Source of the DNA: a virus
Lineage: Duplodnaviria; Caudoviricetes
Virus record (IMG/VR): IMGVR_UViG_3300048011_000149
Span: 1-26,545 of that record
Reading direction: 5' to 3' (one strand)
DNA length: 26,545 nt
Each line of letters opens with the position of its first letter. Position 1 is the stretch's first letter. The notes under the pieces are model-generated. The model saw nothing but the letters and a program-made list of their open reading frames with translations. It was not told where the DNA came from and made no database searches. Positions 17,598-26,545 of the stretch are shown here, piece after piece. The translations under genes and the position numbers were made by a program.

Positions 17598-20500
17598 ATG
17601 GCTGAGTCAGAACAATATGGCGGCATCTTTGCTGATGAGTCACAGGAATACGGTGGTATCTTTAACGATGGTATTATGCAACCTGAACAAGTGGTAGACC
17701 CTGTAGATTTCATCCCTACTGATGAAGGTGCGTTCCATGAGGATTACGTAGCTCCTGTACCAGAGGAAGAAGGCAAAGGTGTCTTAGGCACAGCAGCAGA
17801 AGTTCCTGTCAATATGTTAGGAGCTATAGGTTCCTTTGCTAAAGAAACTGTAGGTACAGTTATAGATTGGCCTGTAGAGCTTATGAACAAAGCTATTACT
17901 CCTTATACTGGTGACATCACCACGTTTAACAAAGCTGATGCTACACCTGAGCAACTACAGTTATACAACGATGCCGAAGGCACTCGTCTTTTCTCTATAG
18001 GTTCTACAGACTTTACTTATGTAAACCCTGAGCAACTACAAGCAATTAAAGAAGCTAACTTCTATTCTGTCTTTAAAGCAGAGCAGGTAGTCGAAGACCT
18101 TGTGTTTGATCTTGGTGATGCCAGAGACATGGGTATGCAAGAGACTTTCGTAGGTGGCGCTACAGGCGGTCTTACACAGTTCATTGCAGGCTGGATGGCT
18201 CTAGCTCCTGTTAAAGTATTAACCATAGCTAAAGGTGCAACGGTAGCTACTCAAGTTGGTAAAGCAACACTCAAGGGTGCTGTAGTTGACTTCACAGTCT
18301 TTGATGCACACGAAGCTCGTCTATCTGACTTTCTTAAAAGTACAGGTCTTGAGAACGATTGGATTAATTATCTAGCGTCTGAAGGTAACGAAGATGATAG
18401 TATCTTTGAAGGTAAAGTAAAGAATGCTCTTGAAGGTGCAGCTCTAGGTGTAGCCTTTGAAGCTACGTTAAGAACGATGGCTTACGGCTACAGATCAATA
18501 CGTCAGGCTAAAAGAGCACAAGACCCTAGCCTTACTCAAGCACAGCGTGATGAAGCAGCAGCAAAAGCTGTTGAACTACAAGCTAAAGCAGAAGAAAGTT
18601 TTAAAGATCCTTCGGAAGTGGAGCTAGTTTCACCTGAAGGTACTCCAGTTAAAGTAGAGACTCCTGAGACTGCTGCTGTTAAGTTTGAAGAAAAGGTAGG
18701 CACAGTTGTTGATACACTTCCTCCTGAGTTACAGAAGGCTGCTCCTAAGTATAACTACGGTCAAACTCCCATTGAGTTAGAGTTTGAAAATGACATAGCT
18801 AAAGCTTTGTACATCGTAGGTGGTAAAGGGAAGAGTGCTTCACATGACCAGTACATAAAGTTTTTAGAAGATGCTGGTGTTAAAGATATTGCTGGTGAAG
18901 CTGCTAAGATTAGAAAGTTAATTAAAGCACAAGCTAAAGCAGGTAATACAGAAGTTCTAGTACCTAAAGTTAAACCAAGAGTGTCATACACTCAAGGTGT
19001 TGATACAACTCCTGTAGCTACTGCTACTAAACCTCGTGTTGATGCAGAAGGTAATCCTGTTGAGAACCGTTCACCGCAGAACATGACGGATGAGCAGCTT
19101 GATCTTGCTACGAAAGCAGACAGAGAAAAGCTAGGCAGCTTACGCTCACCTGATGATGTAGGTGATCCTAAAGTTATCCCAATCAAAGATACAGTTGAGC
19201 AAGGTAACAAGCTCATTGCTAAGTTACTCCGTGACTCGAATGCGGATGACATCCAAGGGTTCGTTAAGTCCCTTAGAGAAATGACAATCCGACCTGATGG
19301 CTTTGAGCCAGCACAGTGGGTTAAAGCTCTAGCTTCTCTTAACAAGTCTATTGATGAAGCCTTAGCTATCATTGATGACTCTGTTGAATTCAAAGCAGGC
19401 GATGAGACAGCCATACTAAGAAAGCAGAAACTTGTAGAAGCTAAGTTAGACCTCCACGCACAGCGCAAAGCGTCAAACAGTGGTTTAGGTCGTGGTCTTG
19501 TTGCAATCAAGCAAGCCTTTGATGATGCTTTTACTCCTGACCTATCTACCTTGTTTGGTAAAGACCTTGAGAAAGCTCAGGCTAAGATAGTCGAGAAAGA
19601 TATTAAGAAACAGAAAAAGAAGAATAAGAAAAAGAAAGAAAGCGAAAAGACAGATATAGACAAAGCAGCAGAAGAGAGTGGCTTAACTCCTTCAGCAGTA
19701 GATGAGTTAGATCCATTCTTTAAGCGTATGTACAATGCTCTTGGACGAACTAGAGAAGTTTCAAAAGACTTTTTTGATAAGGCTGTTGAGTTTGGTTCTT
19801 CTAACCTGTTAATGGGTTGGGAAACACAACTTATTAACCCTGCTATGAATGCTGTGCAGATGGTGTTAAACAACTTTGAAACTGCTGGTGGTGGTTTAAT
19901 GTCACCAATCACCCGACCTTTATCAACTCTTAAAGGAGATTTTAGTGCCTCAGCCCGCCAATTTAGACGAGCTAAGTATCAATCTATGGCCGCTATTCGT
20001 CACTTTCATGTAGCAAGAAGAGCTGCGTGGGAAACTTTAATGACTGGCTACAACCAACTTGACCCTGACTTTAAAGTTAAAGAAGAAGTTGAAGGTGCAA
20101 CTGACCAAGTAGCATGGGGTAAAGGTGATATTGATTTAAGGGAATGGAAAGAATCCATCCACGAAGGTATGACCTTAGAAGACCTTGTTGGTAACTACAT
20201 TAGACTGTCTTATAGAGGTCTAGCATCTGGTGATGAGTTCTTTAAACAGCTTAACTTCAGAGGTACTTATGGAGGTTTAGTTCAAGAAGACTTATTAGAA
20301 TCAGGTAAATACTTTGACTTAGATGATGCAACCTTTATGAAGCTTGTAGATTCTAAAGTTGATGAAGGTGTGGAGATACTTGAGAAAGCTCGCAAAGGTG
20401 AAGAAGCTTTAACTGAGGCTGAAGAAAAACTACTAGGTCAAATACTTTATAGTATTCAAAAAACAAGAGAAGCTACATTCACTGATAGCCTTGGTGATAT

Positions 20501-21800
20501 AGGGTCTTGGGTTCAAAAAGGAATGAATCAGTTTCCTGCTATGCGCCTACTAATGGATGCTTGGTATATCCGAACACCTACGAACGTATTTAAGTATATA
20601 GGTAGACGAACACCTGTCCTAAACTTAGCCTCAAGACGTTCTCGTAGAATGCTCTTTGGTGGTAATGCTGATGATAGAGATAGAGCTTTATTTGAGTTAG
20701 TTTTTATGACCTCTGCTATCCTAACAGTTCGCAGCATTGTTGATGAGAAGGTTCAAGTGCCTGACGGTAAAGGCGGTACTATTGAAATGTATCGTTACCA
20801 AGGGACGTTTGACCACGCAACTTACAATAACGTGAAGAACCTTAAACTTTCTGGTTGGCAACCTCACTCAATCTACTTTGAGGATGATCAGAAGTTTCAC
20901 AACACGCAACGCTTTGCTCCTATGGACAACTTGTTGATGACAATGGTTAATGTAAGAGACTTAGAAGAAGCTGGTCTGTATGACCAATCAAATGAATTAG
21001 CTTCTGCAATTCTTGTATCAAATATAAACTTGATGAAAGATACTACGTTTACGCAAGGTGTGGCTAATGCTGTAGAAACACTAGCTAATCCTGAAAGAAG
21101 ATTCCAGAACTACATAGAAGCTAAAGCTAGAACCTTTACTCCATCGTTTCTTAAATGGGGCAATGATGAAGGTCAGCGTGAAGTTGATGGAGTGTGGGAA
21201 GCTGCAAAAGCAAGTATGCCTTTCTTCTCTAAAACAATGGAGCCTAAGTTTGATAGATTAGGACGACCTATGATGAAACCTAATCAAGACGGCCTAGTCA
21301 ATGGTTTATCTAAAGCTACTTTCTTATCAAATGAACCAGCACGTTTAGCTTTCCTAGAGATAGGCGCAGACATTGCTGACATCCCTCGTAAAGATGGATT
21401 ACTCGATTGGGAAAGTGAAGCGTTTGAAGTTGATGGTAAGTCAGCATGGTGGCGTTTTAATGAAGTCTATTCGTCTATTGAGATTAATGACATGACTCTT
21501 GAGGAGCAGCTAGAGGCTTTAGTTATCAGCGATACTTATAACGATGATCTTACTAATGCTACTACTGAGCCTGATCTAGCTTTTGGAGGCAGTAGAGAAA
21601 AGCTTATCTTACAAGTCTTAAACGCTTACGAGTCATTAGCTAAGTACACTGTAGCTAAAGAACGTGAAGACTTAGGAATGTTAGAGATGTGGAACGCTTC
21701 ACAAACAGCGCAAGCTTTAGGTCAATTACAACAAACACAAGATCAAGTAATAACTAACCCAGAGACTATTCTGGATACCTTCTTTGATCGAAATAAATAG
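17598..21800 (+). CDS. Internal virion protein D (T7 gp16-like), 1400 aa
   Basis: Large ORF before tail fibre; motifs FEGKVKNALEG, DEFFKQL.FR, IRTPTNV, GWQPHSI; AGGA RBS. Confidence 0.82.
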   Translation: MAESEQYGGIFADESQEYGGIFNDGIMQPEQVVDPVDFIPTDEGAFHEDYVAPVPEEEGKGVLGTAAEVPVNMLGAIGSFAKETVGTVIDWPVELMNKAITPYTGDITTFNKADATPEQLQLYNDAEGTRLFSIGSTDFTYVNPEQLQAIKEANFYSVFKAEQVVEDLVFDLGDARDMGMQETFVGGATGGLTQFIAGWMALAPVKVLTIAKGATVATQVGKATLKGAVVDFTVFDAHEARLSDFLKSTGLENDWINYLASEGNEDDSIFEGKVKNALEGAALGVAFEATLRTMAYGYRSIRQAKRAQDPSLTQAQRDEAAAKAVELQAKAEESFKDPSEVELVSPEGTPVKVETPETAAVKFEEKVGTVVDTLPPELQKAAPKYNYGQTPIELEFENDIAKALYIVGGKGKSASHDQYIKFLEDAGVKDIAGEAAKIRKLIKAQAKAGNTEVLVPKVKPRVSYTQGVDTTPVATATKPRVDAEGNPVENRSPQNMTDEQLDLATKADREKLGSLRSPDDVGDPKVIPIKDTVEQGNKLIAKLLRDSNADDIQGFVKSLREMTIRPDGFEPAQWVKALASLNKSIDEALAIIDDSVEFKAGDETAILRKQKLVEAKLDLHAQRKASNSGLGRGLVAIKQAFDDAFTPDLSTLFGKDLEKAQAKIVEKDIKKQKKKNKKKKESEKTDIDKAAEESGLTPSAVDELDPFFKRMYNALGRTREVSKDFFDKAVEFGSSNLLMGWETQLINPAMNAVQMVLNNFETAGGGLMSPITRPLSTLKGDFSASARQFRRAKYQSMAAIRHFHVARRAAWETLMTGYNQLDPDFKVKEEVEGATDQVAWGKGDIDLREWKESIHEGMTLEDLVGNYIRLSYRGLASGDEFFKQLNFRGTYGGLVQEDLLESGKYFDLDDATFMKLVDSKVDEGVEILEKARKGEEALTEAEEKLLGQILYSIQKTREATFTDSLGDIGSWVQKGMNQFPAMRLLMDAWYIRTPTNVFKYIGRRTPVLNLASRRSRRMLFGGNADDRDRALFELVFMTSAILTVRSIVDEKVQVPDGKGGTIEMYRYQGTFDHATYNNVKNLKLSGWQPHSIYFEDDQKFHNTQRFAPMDNLLMTMVNVRDLEEAGLYDQSNELASAILVSNINLMKDTTFTQGVANAVETLANPERRFQNYIEAKARTFTPSFLKWGNDEGQREVDGVWEAAKASMPFFSKTMEPKFDRLGRPMMKPNQDGLVNGLSKATFLSNEPARLAFLEIGADIADIPRKDGLLDWESEAFEVDGKSAWWRFNEVYSSIEINDMTLEEQLEALVISDTYNDDLTNATTEPDLAFGGSREKLILQVLNAYESLAKYTVAKEREDLGMLEMWNASQTAQALGQLQQTQDQVITNPETILDTFFDRNK

Positions 21801-21808
21801 GAAAAATA

Positions 21809-22486
21809 ATGGCAAACTCATACATAGACTACGTAGCTAATGGCAGTCTTACTACTTTCACTACACCGCCTTATTTAGAAAAGGTACACATTATAGTGAC
21901 GGTGGATGGAGTTATAAAAACTCTTAATACTGACTACTCAATCGCAAATAATACTAACGCTGTTGTGTTTGGTACGGCTCCAGTAGCAGCAGCTAAGATA
22001 CGTATTAGTCGAAGCTCTAGCCCAAACCAACGTCTTACTGACTATAATGATGCTTCTCTATTGACTGCGGATGCAATGGATAGAGATGCTAATCAGTTAT
22101 TCTTCTTGTCACAGGAAGCTGTAGACTCAGCCGAAAGAACTGACTTTGGCGCACAGACGTTTTACAGCTCAGGTACAACAGACCCCAGCACAGCTAACAC
22201 AGGTGATTTATTCTTTAATAATCAAACAGGATTCCTGAAGGTTTATAATGGCAGTGCTTGGGTTATAGTGAATACGATAGAGACTAAAACAGTTTTCACA
22301 ACTCCTAGCTCAGGGGAAAGAACTTTCACAACCTCTGCAACTCTTGGTACAAATACGTTTGTATTTCTAAACGGAGTTAAGTTGGTAGAAGGTGGCTCCA
22401 ATGATTATACATTAAGCGGGGCTTCAGTGGTTTTAACTGCTGATGACCCTTCAACCGCATACGTTTTAGAAGTAATTAACCGATAA
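21809..22486 (+). CDS. Short tail fibre / adaptor with T7 gp17 N-terminal domain
   Basis: MANSYIDY...FT..YLEK.HI.V.VDG...IRISR...DY.DASLLT..MD..ANQLFFLSQEA matches the T7 tail fibre N-terminal anchor. Confidence 0.88.
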   Translation: MANSYIDYVANGSLTTFTTPPYLEKVHIIVTVDGVIKTLNTDYSIANNTNAVVFGTAPVAAAKIRISRSSSPNQRLTDYNDASLLTADAMDRDANQLFFLSQEAVDSAERTDFGAQTFYSSGTTDPSTANTGDLFFNNQTGFLKVYNGSAWVIVNTIETKTVFTTPSSGERTFTTSATLGTNTFVFLNGVKLVEGGSNDYTLSGASVVLTADDPSTAYVLEVINR

Positions 22487-22501
22487 CAAAGGAAACAAAA
22501 A

Positions 22502-22768
22502 ATGCCACAATTAGCAAACGACAACACTCCATATAACCCAAAGATGGGCGATGGGTCACGAGGATTAGTACAGTTTGTAAAGGGTAGTTCTGATGGCCAT
22601 CTTTATGGTAGCTTAAACGGCACTGACTACGTACTGATACACAGTTTTACGGCAAGTGAAATGAAAGAACTAGCTCTACCACCTTTTGTTCTTATTGGGG
22701 GCAGTGCTTCTGATACTACAATCGACTTAGGCGCTACTTCAAAGGCTTATATTAGCGAAACGAGGTAG
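22502..22768 (+). CDS. Hypothetical protein, probably tail-associated
   Basis: AAGGA RBS; 88 aa; GSLNGTDY motif; lies in tail module. Confidence 0.7.
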   Translation: MPQLANDNTPYNPKMGDGSRGLVQFVKGSSDGHLYGSLNGTDYVLIHSFTASEMKELALPPFVLIGGSASDTTIDLGATSKAYISETR

Positions 22769-22770
22769 GT

Positions 22771-23343
22771 ATGGCTATGATAAAAAATGTAGTCCAACCT
22801 TTTGTTCTTGATCCTATACAACCTGTAACACCTTCAGGTAGTGGGTCAGACTTCTTTGGTGGAGGCTTTAACTTACAAGCCTCTGCCGTTACTCTTCCCA
22901 CATCAACAGTAAACTTTGGTGTTTTAGCTAACGTCCCTTACGGGTCTGGTTATGGGTATGTTGCAGGTAGATTTGCTCGATCAACAGTTATAAGTGGAGG
23001 TAGTAACCCTAGTCCTGCTAACCTTACTATCTTAACTAAAACTTTACCTCACCCTTATATAGGAGATTACGCTCAATATGGTAATCGTATTGTCCGTATA
23101 GAAATAGATTTTGATGTTAGTGCATCAGACCACCCTGCAAGTGATTGGCTAACTAGCTTAAAAATAGATGATGGACAGGGTAACTCTAATACTTTCGACA
23201 TGAGTAATTTTACAAGAGCTAATCACACAGGTAATGCATATTATCCTGCTGGTGCGGAATATCGCAGATCGTATGGTACTGGTTATCCTTCTCTCGTTGA
23301 TACAACTAACAATGCTAAAACATTAACATGGGAGTTTGTATGA
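22771..23343 (+). CDS. Hypothetical beta-rich protein, candidate receptor-binding component
   Basis: GAGGTAGG RBS; Gly/Ser/Thr/aromatic-rich 190 aa in tail module. Confidence 0.65.
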   Translation: MAMIKNVVQPFVLDPIQPVTPSGSGSDFFGGGFNLQASAVTLPTSTVNFGVLANVPYGSGYGYVAGRFARSTVISGGSNPSPANLTILTKTLPHPYIGDYAQYGNRIVRIEIDFDVSASDHPASDWLTSLKIDDGQGNSNTFDMSNFTRANHTGNAYYPAGAEYRRSYGTGYPSLVDTTNNAKTLTWEFV

Positions 23344-23825
23344 TAACTCTAAATGAAATTAACAACGTACCTGAAAGTTTAGTCGAAGCTATCTACAACC
23401 CTAACCAAGCATACTTTGATGAGTATACTTCAAACATGGGGATGGAAGATAACACTGAAGTCCTCAATGCTTTAAAGTGGAAACTTATAGAAGATGCAGG
23501 GCATGGCGTTGAAAAGGTTTTATCTATAGAAGAAGACGGTGTTATTGTAGGACTCTTTGAGTTAATTCTCGATGGTTCTACAGCTCACTCATCAATAAAC
23601 TTTAGCTTAACACCTCTCGAAGCTTTTGCACAACCACTCCATACATACTTAAAAAGTGTTGGAGTCAACAAGCTTATTGCTTGGGCAAAGCCTGAAACTG
23701 ATGATGATGTTGCTTTACTGAATGCACTTAACAGGTCTGACTTGTATAATGTTGTAAGTAACTCAACCTCTACCTTCGGTGAAAGCGAAACCCTACATAG
23801 CTTCATTACTTTAGACTTACTATAG
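23340..23825 (+). CDS. Acidic hypothetical protein, possible GNAT-like fold
   Basis: ATGA overlap at 23340 with GGAG RBS; pattern IEEDGVIVG...LHTYLKSVGVNKLIAW. Confidence 0.6.
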   Translation: MITLNEINNVPESLVEAIYNPNQAYFDEYTSNMGMEDNTEVLNALKWKLIEDAGHGVEKVLSIEEDGVIVGLFELILDGSTAHSSINFSLTPLEAFAQPLHTYLKSVGVNKLIAWAKPETDDDVALLNALNRSDLYNVVSNSTSTFGESETLHSFITLDLL

Positions 23826-23837
23826 AGGTAACTCATT

Positions 23838-24374
23838 ATGACTAAGGCAAGAACCTTAGCAGACTTTGACACAACAAACATAGACCCAGCTCTGCTTGAC
23901 AGCACTGGCACTATTCCTTCAGCACTCCTTGCGGGTGTTGGCGGTGGTAAGGTGTTACAGGTTATTGAAGGATCAACTAACGCTGAATCATCCACAGGTA
24001 CTTCTACATCTCAAGTAGATACCAACTTATCAGCTACCATAACACCAACAAATACAAATAATAAGCTTTTGGTTTTCGTACATCAAGGTATTACAAAGTT
24101 TAACACCAACGCTGCTTCTAGATGTACAGTTAGACTTATTAAAGATAGCACTGAGGCATCTTGTTTTGGTGATATGATTGGACACAACAATGCTACTTCA
24201 AGAGAATATGTACACGTCAGTGGTTCGCACTTTGCGGTAGCTGGCTCTAGCAACGCAATAACTTTTAAGACAACAATACAAAGTAGTGATGGTGGTAATT
24301 GGGTTGCTGGAACGCAAGCAACTGGGACACAGCAATCTAAACAATCAATAGTGATACTTGAAATAGCAGCATAA
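23838..24374 (+). CDS. Tail fibre-like structural protein
   Basis: MTKARTLADF start, GGKVLQV, LSATITPT..NKLLV and terminal ILEIAA, a pattern typical of small fibre-like proteins of aquatic phages; GAGGT RBS. Confidence 0.7.
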   Translation: MTKARTLADFDTTNIDPALLDSTGTIPSALLAGVGGGKVLQVIEGSTNAESSTGTSTSQVDTNLSATITPTNTNNKLLVFVHQGITKFNTNAASRCTVRLIKDSTEASCFGDMIGHNNATSREYVHVSGSHFAVAGSSNAITFKTTIQSSDGGNWVAGTQATGTQQSKQSIVILEIAA

Positions 24375-24384
24375 AGGATAAAAC

Positions 24385-24609
24385 ATGGACGACTTAAAAC
24401 AACAAGTAGACCGCCTAGAGTGGCGAGTAGACTTGCACGAAGAGCAGTTACAGACTCTTCAGGACAACGCCACAGAGCTAAAGGAACAACTTGATTGTAT
24501 TAATAAGTCGTTATTACAGATCAAGTGGCTCGTAGTAGGTGGCGCTGTAGTCTACTGGGCGCAAGCCATGGGTTTCAATGAAGTAATTAAATTAGTAGGT
24601 GGAATATAA
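24385..24609 (+). CDS. Coiled-coil protein with C-terminal transmembrane segment (XhlA/holin-like)
   Basis: Heptad-like N-terminus, then IKWLVVGGAVVYWA; next to holin. Confidence 0.65.
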   Translation: MDDLKQQVDRLEWRVDLHEEQLQTLQDNATELKEQLDCINKSLLQIKWLVVGGAVVYWAQAMGFNEVIKLVGGI

Positions 24610-24983
24610 TGTTAGAACAGTTGATAGCTCCAGTCACAGGACTCTTAGATAAGTTTATCCCTGACGCAGATACAAAACAAAAGATAGCGCATGAAATAGC
24701 TACGATGTCGGAGAAACACGTACACGAGATTGCCTTAGCACAGATTGCTGTCAACAAAGAGGATGCCAAAGGTAACTGGTTTCAATCCTCATGGCGACCT
24801 GCAACGGCTTGGGTATGCGTTGCTGGGTTCACCGTAAACTTTTTAATTAGTCCACTTGCAGCACCCTTTGGTGTTGTTGTTCCACAAGCGGACACAAGCA
24901 CCATGCTACCTGTACTGATGGGTATGTTAGGTCTTGGTGGCTTGCGAACAATGGAACGAGTTAAAGGAGTAGGTAAGAAATGA
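24609..24983 (+). CDS. Holin, 3TM GTA-holin family
   Basis: LLDKFIPDAD, WFQSSWRPATAWVC, LMGMLGLGGLRT.E..KGV signature. Confidence 0.88.
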   Translation: MLEQLIAPVTGLLDKFIPDADTKQKIAHEIATMSEKHVHEIALAQIAVNKEDAKGNWFQSSWRPATAWVCVAGFTVNFLISPLAAPFGVVVPQADTSTMLPVLMGMLGLGGLRTMERVKGVGKK

Positions 24984-25183
24984 AAGATTTATTAACAGAC
25001 TTACACGAAAGTGTAACTAAGGAATTATTAGCAAGAGTTAAGTCAGGTGAAGCAACACCATCAGAACTCTCAGTAGCCGTTAAGTTCCTAAAGGATAACG
25101 GTGCAAGTAATGACATTATTACTGCTGAGTCACCTATGGCAAGCTTACTGACTGCTTTGCCCTTTGAAGAGGCGGCTCACTGA
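24980..25183 (+). CDS. Terminase small subunit (T7 gp18-like)
   Basis: LH...ELLARVKSGEAT.SELSVAVKFLKDNG...LPF signature. Confidence 0.9.
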   Translation: MKDLLTDLHESVTKELLARVKSGEATPSELSVAVKFLKDNGASNDIITAESPMASLLTALPFEEAAH

Positions 25184-25311
25184 TGTCTTTATATGCAAAC
25201 ATAAACAAAAGAAAGAAGGCTGGCACTAGCAGGTCTAAGAAAAACTCCACCATTAGTCCTAAAGCTTACAAGCAGTTGACTATAGGTTACAAAAAGAAGG
25301 TTAAGAAGTAA
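25183..25311 (+). CDS. 42-aa highly basic hypothetical protein (not in ORF track)
   Basis: MSLYANINKRKKAGTSRSKKNSTISPKAYKQLTIGYKKKVKK; TGATG and TAATG coupling on both sides; GAGG upstream. Confidence 0.8.
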   Translation: MSLYANINKRKKAGTSRSKKNSTISPKAYKQLTIGYKKKVKK

Positions 25312-25553
25312 TGGGTCAGTTTGATAACTTGAAGATTAACCAACCTAAGCGTACTCCTAGCCATGCTACTAAGTCTCATGTTGTTAAAACCAAGGTTGAC
25401 GGTAAAGAAAAGATCATCCGCTTTGGTCAGCAAGGTAAGACTGGTGATAAAACAAACACTGCTAGAGCTAAATCATTCAAAGCCAGACACGGTAAGAATA
25501 TAGCTAAGGGTAAATCCTCAGCAGCTTACTGGGCTAATAAGGTGAAATGGTAA
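25311..25553 (+). CDS. Basic hypothetical protein (80 aa)
   Basis: KIIRFGQQG...SFKARH...SAAYWANKVKW; TAATG coupling on both sides. Confidence 0.82.
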   Translation: MGQFDNLKINQPKRTPSHATKSHVVKTKVDGKEKIIRFGQQGKTGDKTNTARAKSFKARHGKNIAKGKSSAAYWANKVKW

Positions 25554-25777
25554 TGGCCAGAGACTACAAAGCTGAGTACGAGAACTATCATAAGAAGCCT
25601 GAACAGCGTAAACGAAACGATAAGCGCAAGCAAGCTAGACGTAACATGGAAAAGAAGCATGGCAAACTAGCAATCAAAGGCAAAGATATAGATCACAAAG
25701 ATCGTAACCCACATAACAATGCTTATAGCAATCTTCGCATCTCAAGTGTGAAGAAAAACAGGAGTCGTAATGGATAA
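25553..25777 (+). CDS. Small HNH endonuclease-like protein
   Basis: KDIDHKDRNPHNNAYSNLRISSVKKNRS (DH...N...N); TAATG start at 25553. Confidence 0.82.
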   Translation: MARDYKAEYENYHKKPEQRKRNDKRKQARRNMEKKHGKLAIKGKDIDHKDRNPHNNAYSNLRISSVKKNRSRNG

Positions 25778-26545
25778 CGTACCAGAGCAGCTAAAGGACT
25801 TCCGAAACTTTATGTTTATAGTTTGGAAGCACCTAAACTTGCCTGATCCTACGCCCGTACAATACGATATGGCTGAGTTCATCCAGAACTGCCCACGAAG
25901 AGCAATCATCGAGGCATTTCGAGGTGTAGGTAAGTCATATATTACTGCCGCATTTGTCGTGCACCAATTACTTCTTGATCCCCAAAAGAAGTTCATGGTT
26001 GTGTCGGCCTCTAAACAGAGAGCTGACGATTTCTCGACATTTACTCAACGACTAATCTTAGAACTCCCAATGTGCCAACATCTCATAGCTACAAGTGAGC
26101 AAAGGTGGAGTAAGATAGCGTTTGACGTAAGACCTGCGCTGGCTAGTGGTAGCCCCTCTGTTAAATCAGTCGGTATCACTGGTCAGCTTACAGGCAGTCG
26201 GGCAGATATTATCATAGCAGATGACATCGAAGTACCTAATAACTCTATGACACAGATGATGAGAGAGAAGTTAGGCGAAGCTGTTAAGGAATTTGACGCT
26301 GTACTGAAACCAGAAGGGAAGATCCTCTATCTTGGTACACCTCAGTGTGAAATGAGTCTTTATAACACTCTAACTGAGCGTGGATACCACCTAAGAGTGT
26401 GGCCAGCTCGTTATCCTACCGTAGAATACGCTGAGAAGGCGTATGGGTCACGTTTAGCACCTACCCTATGGGATGCTATGCACGAGGCAAAGGAACCCTT
26501 AGACGGACAGCCAGTAGATCCTAAGCGATTTGACGATGATGACCT
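25770..26545 (+). CDS. Terminase large subunit (T7 gp19-like), 3' truncated by window (not in ORF track)
   Basis: MDNVPEQLKDFRNF...; Walker A AFRGVGKS, GQLTGSRADIIIADDIE (Walker B), YLGTPQ; AGGAG RBS. Confidence 0.97.
   Translation, partial: MDNVPEQLKDFRNFMFIVWKHLNLPDPTPVQYDMAEFIQNCPRRAIIEAFRGVGKSYITAAFVVHQLLLDPQKKFMVVSASKQRADDFSTFTQRLILELPMCQHLIATSEQRWSKIAFDVRPALASGSPSVKSVGITGQLTGSRADIIIADDIEVPNNSMTQMMREKLGEAVKEFDAVLKPEGKILYLGTPQCEMSLYNTLTERGYHLRVWPARYPTVEYAEKAYGSRLAPTLWDAMHEAKEPLDGQPVDPKRFDDDD

Noticed and set aside
22364-22382. TTTCTAAACG..GTTAAG resembling the 6370 motif
   Set aside because: It lies within coding sequence (FLNGVK), lacks the GTAC core and has different spacing; probably coincidental.
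21809-24374. Diversity-generating retroelement or invertible tail cassette
   Set aside because: No reverse transcriptase, recombinase, template/variable repeat pair or inverted repeats were seen.
1277-25996. Minus-strand and nested alternative-frame ORFs in the track
   Set aside because: They are shadows of strongly supported plus-strand genes, with no motifs, in a unidirectional genome.
1-26545. tRNA, CRISPR array, intron, intein or integrase
   Set aside because: Intergenic gaps are short and accounted for, and polymerase, RNR and terminase reading frames appear uninterrupted.

Overview
A contiguous, all plus-strand segment of a T7-like podovirus genome (Autographiviridae-type gene order, probably an aquatic or marine phage; host not determinable). 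It runs from the 3' end of the primase/helicase through DNA polymerase A (Tyr762 type) and a nucleotide-metabolism module (5'-3' exonuclease, DUF3310, MazG-like, class II B12-dependent RNR). The full morphogenesis block follows (portal, scaffold, capsid, tail tubes, internal virion proteins, split tail-fibre module), then holins, small terminase and the 5' part of the large terminase. Departures from the T7 template: a free-standing lytic-transglycosylase-like gene between portal and scaffold; a terminator plus long structured leader and candidate promoter before the capsid gene; an uncalled 43-aa double CxxCxGxG zinc-finger gene coupled to the RNR; a 32-aa hydrophobic peptide after the RNR; an enlarged tail tubular protein B; and basic microproteins plus an HNH between the terminase genes. 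All calls come from motifs and synteny read by eye; no searches were run.
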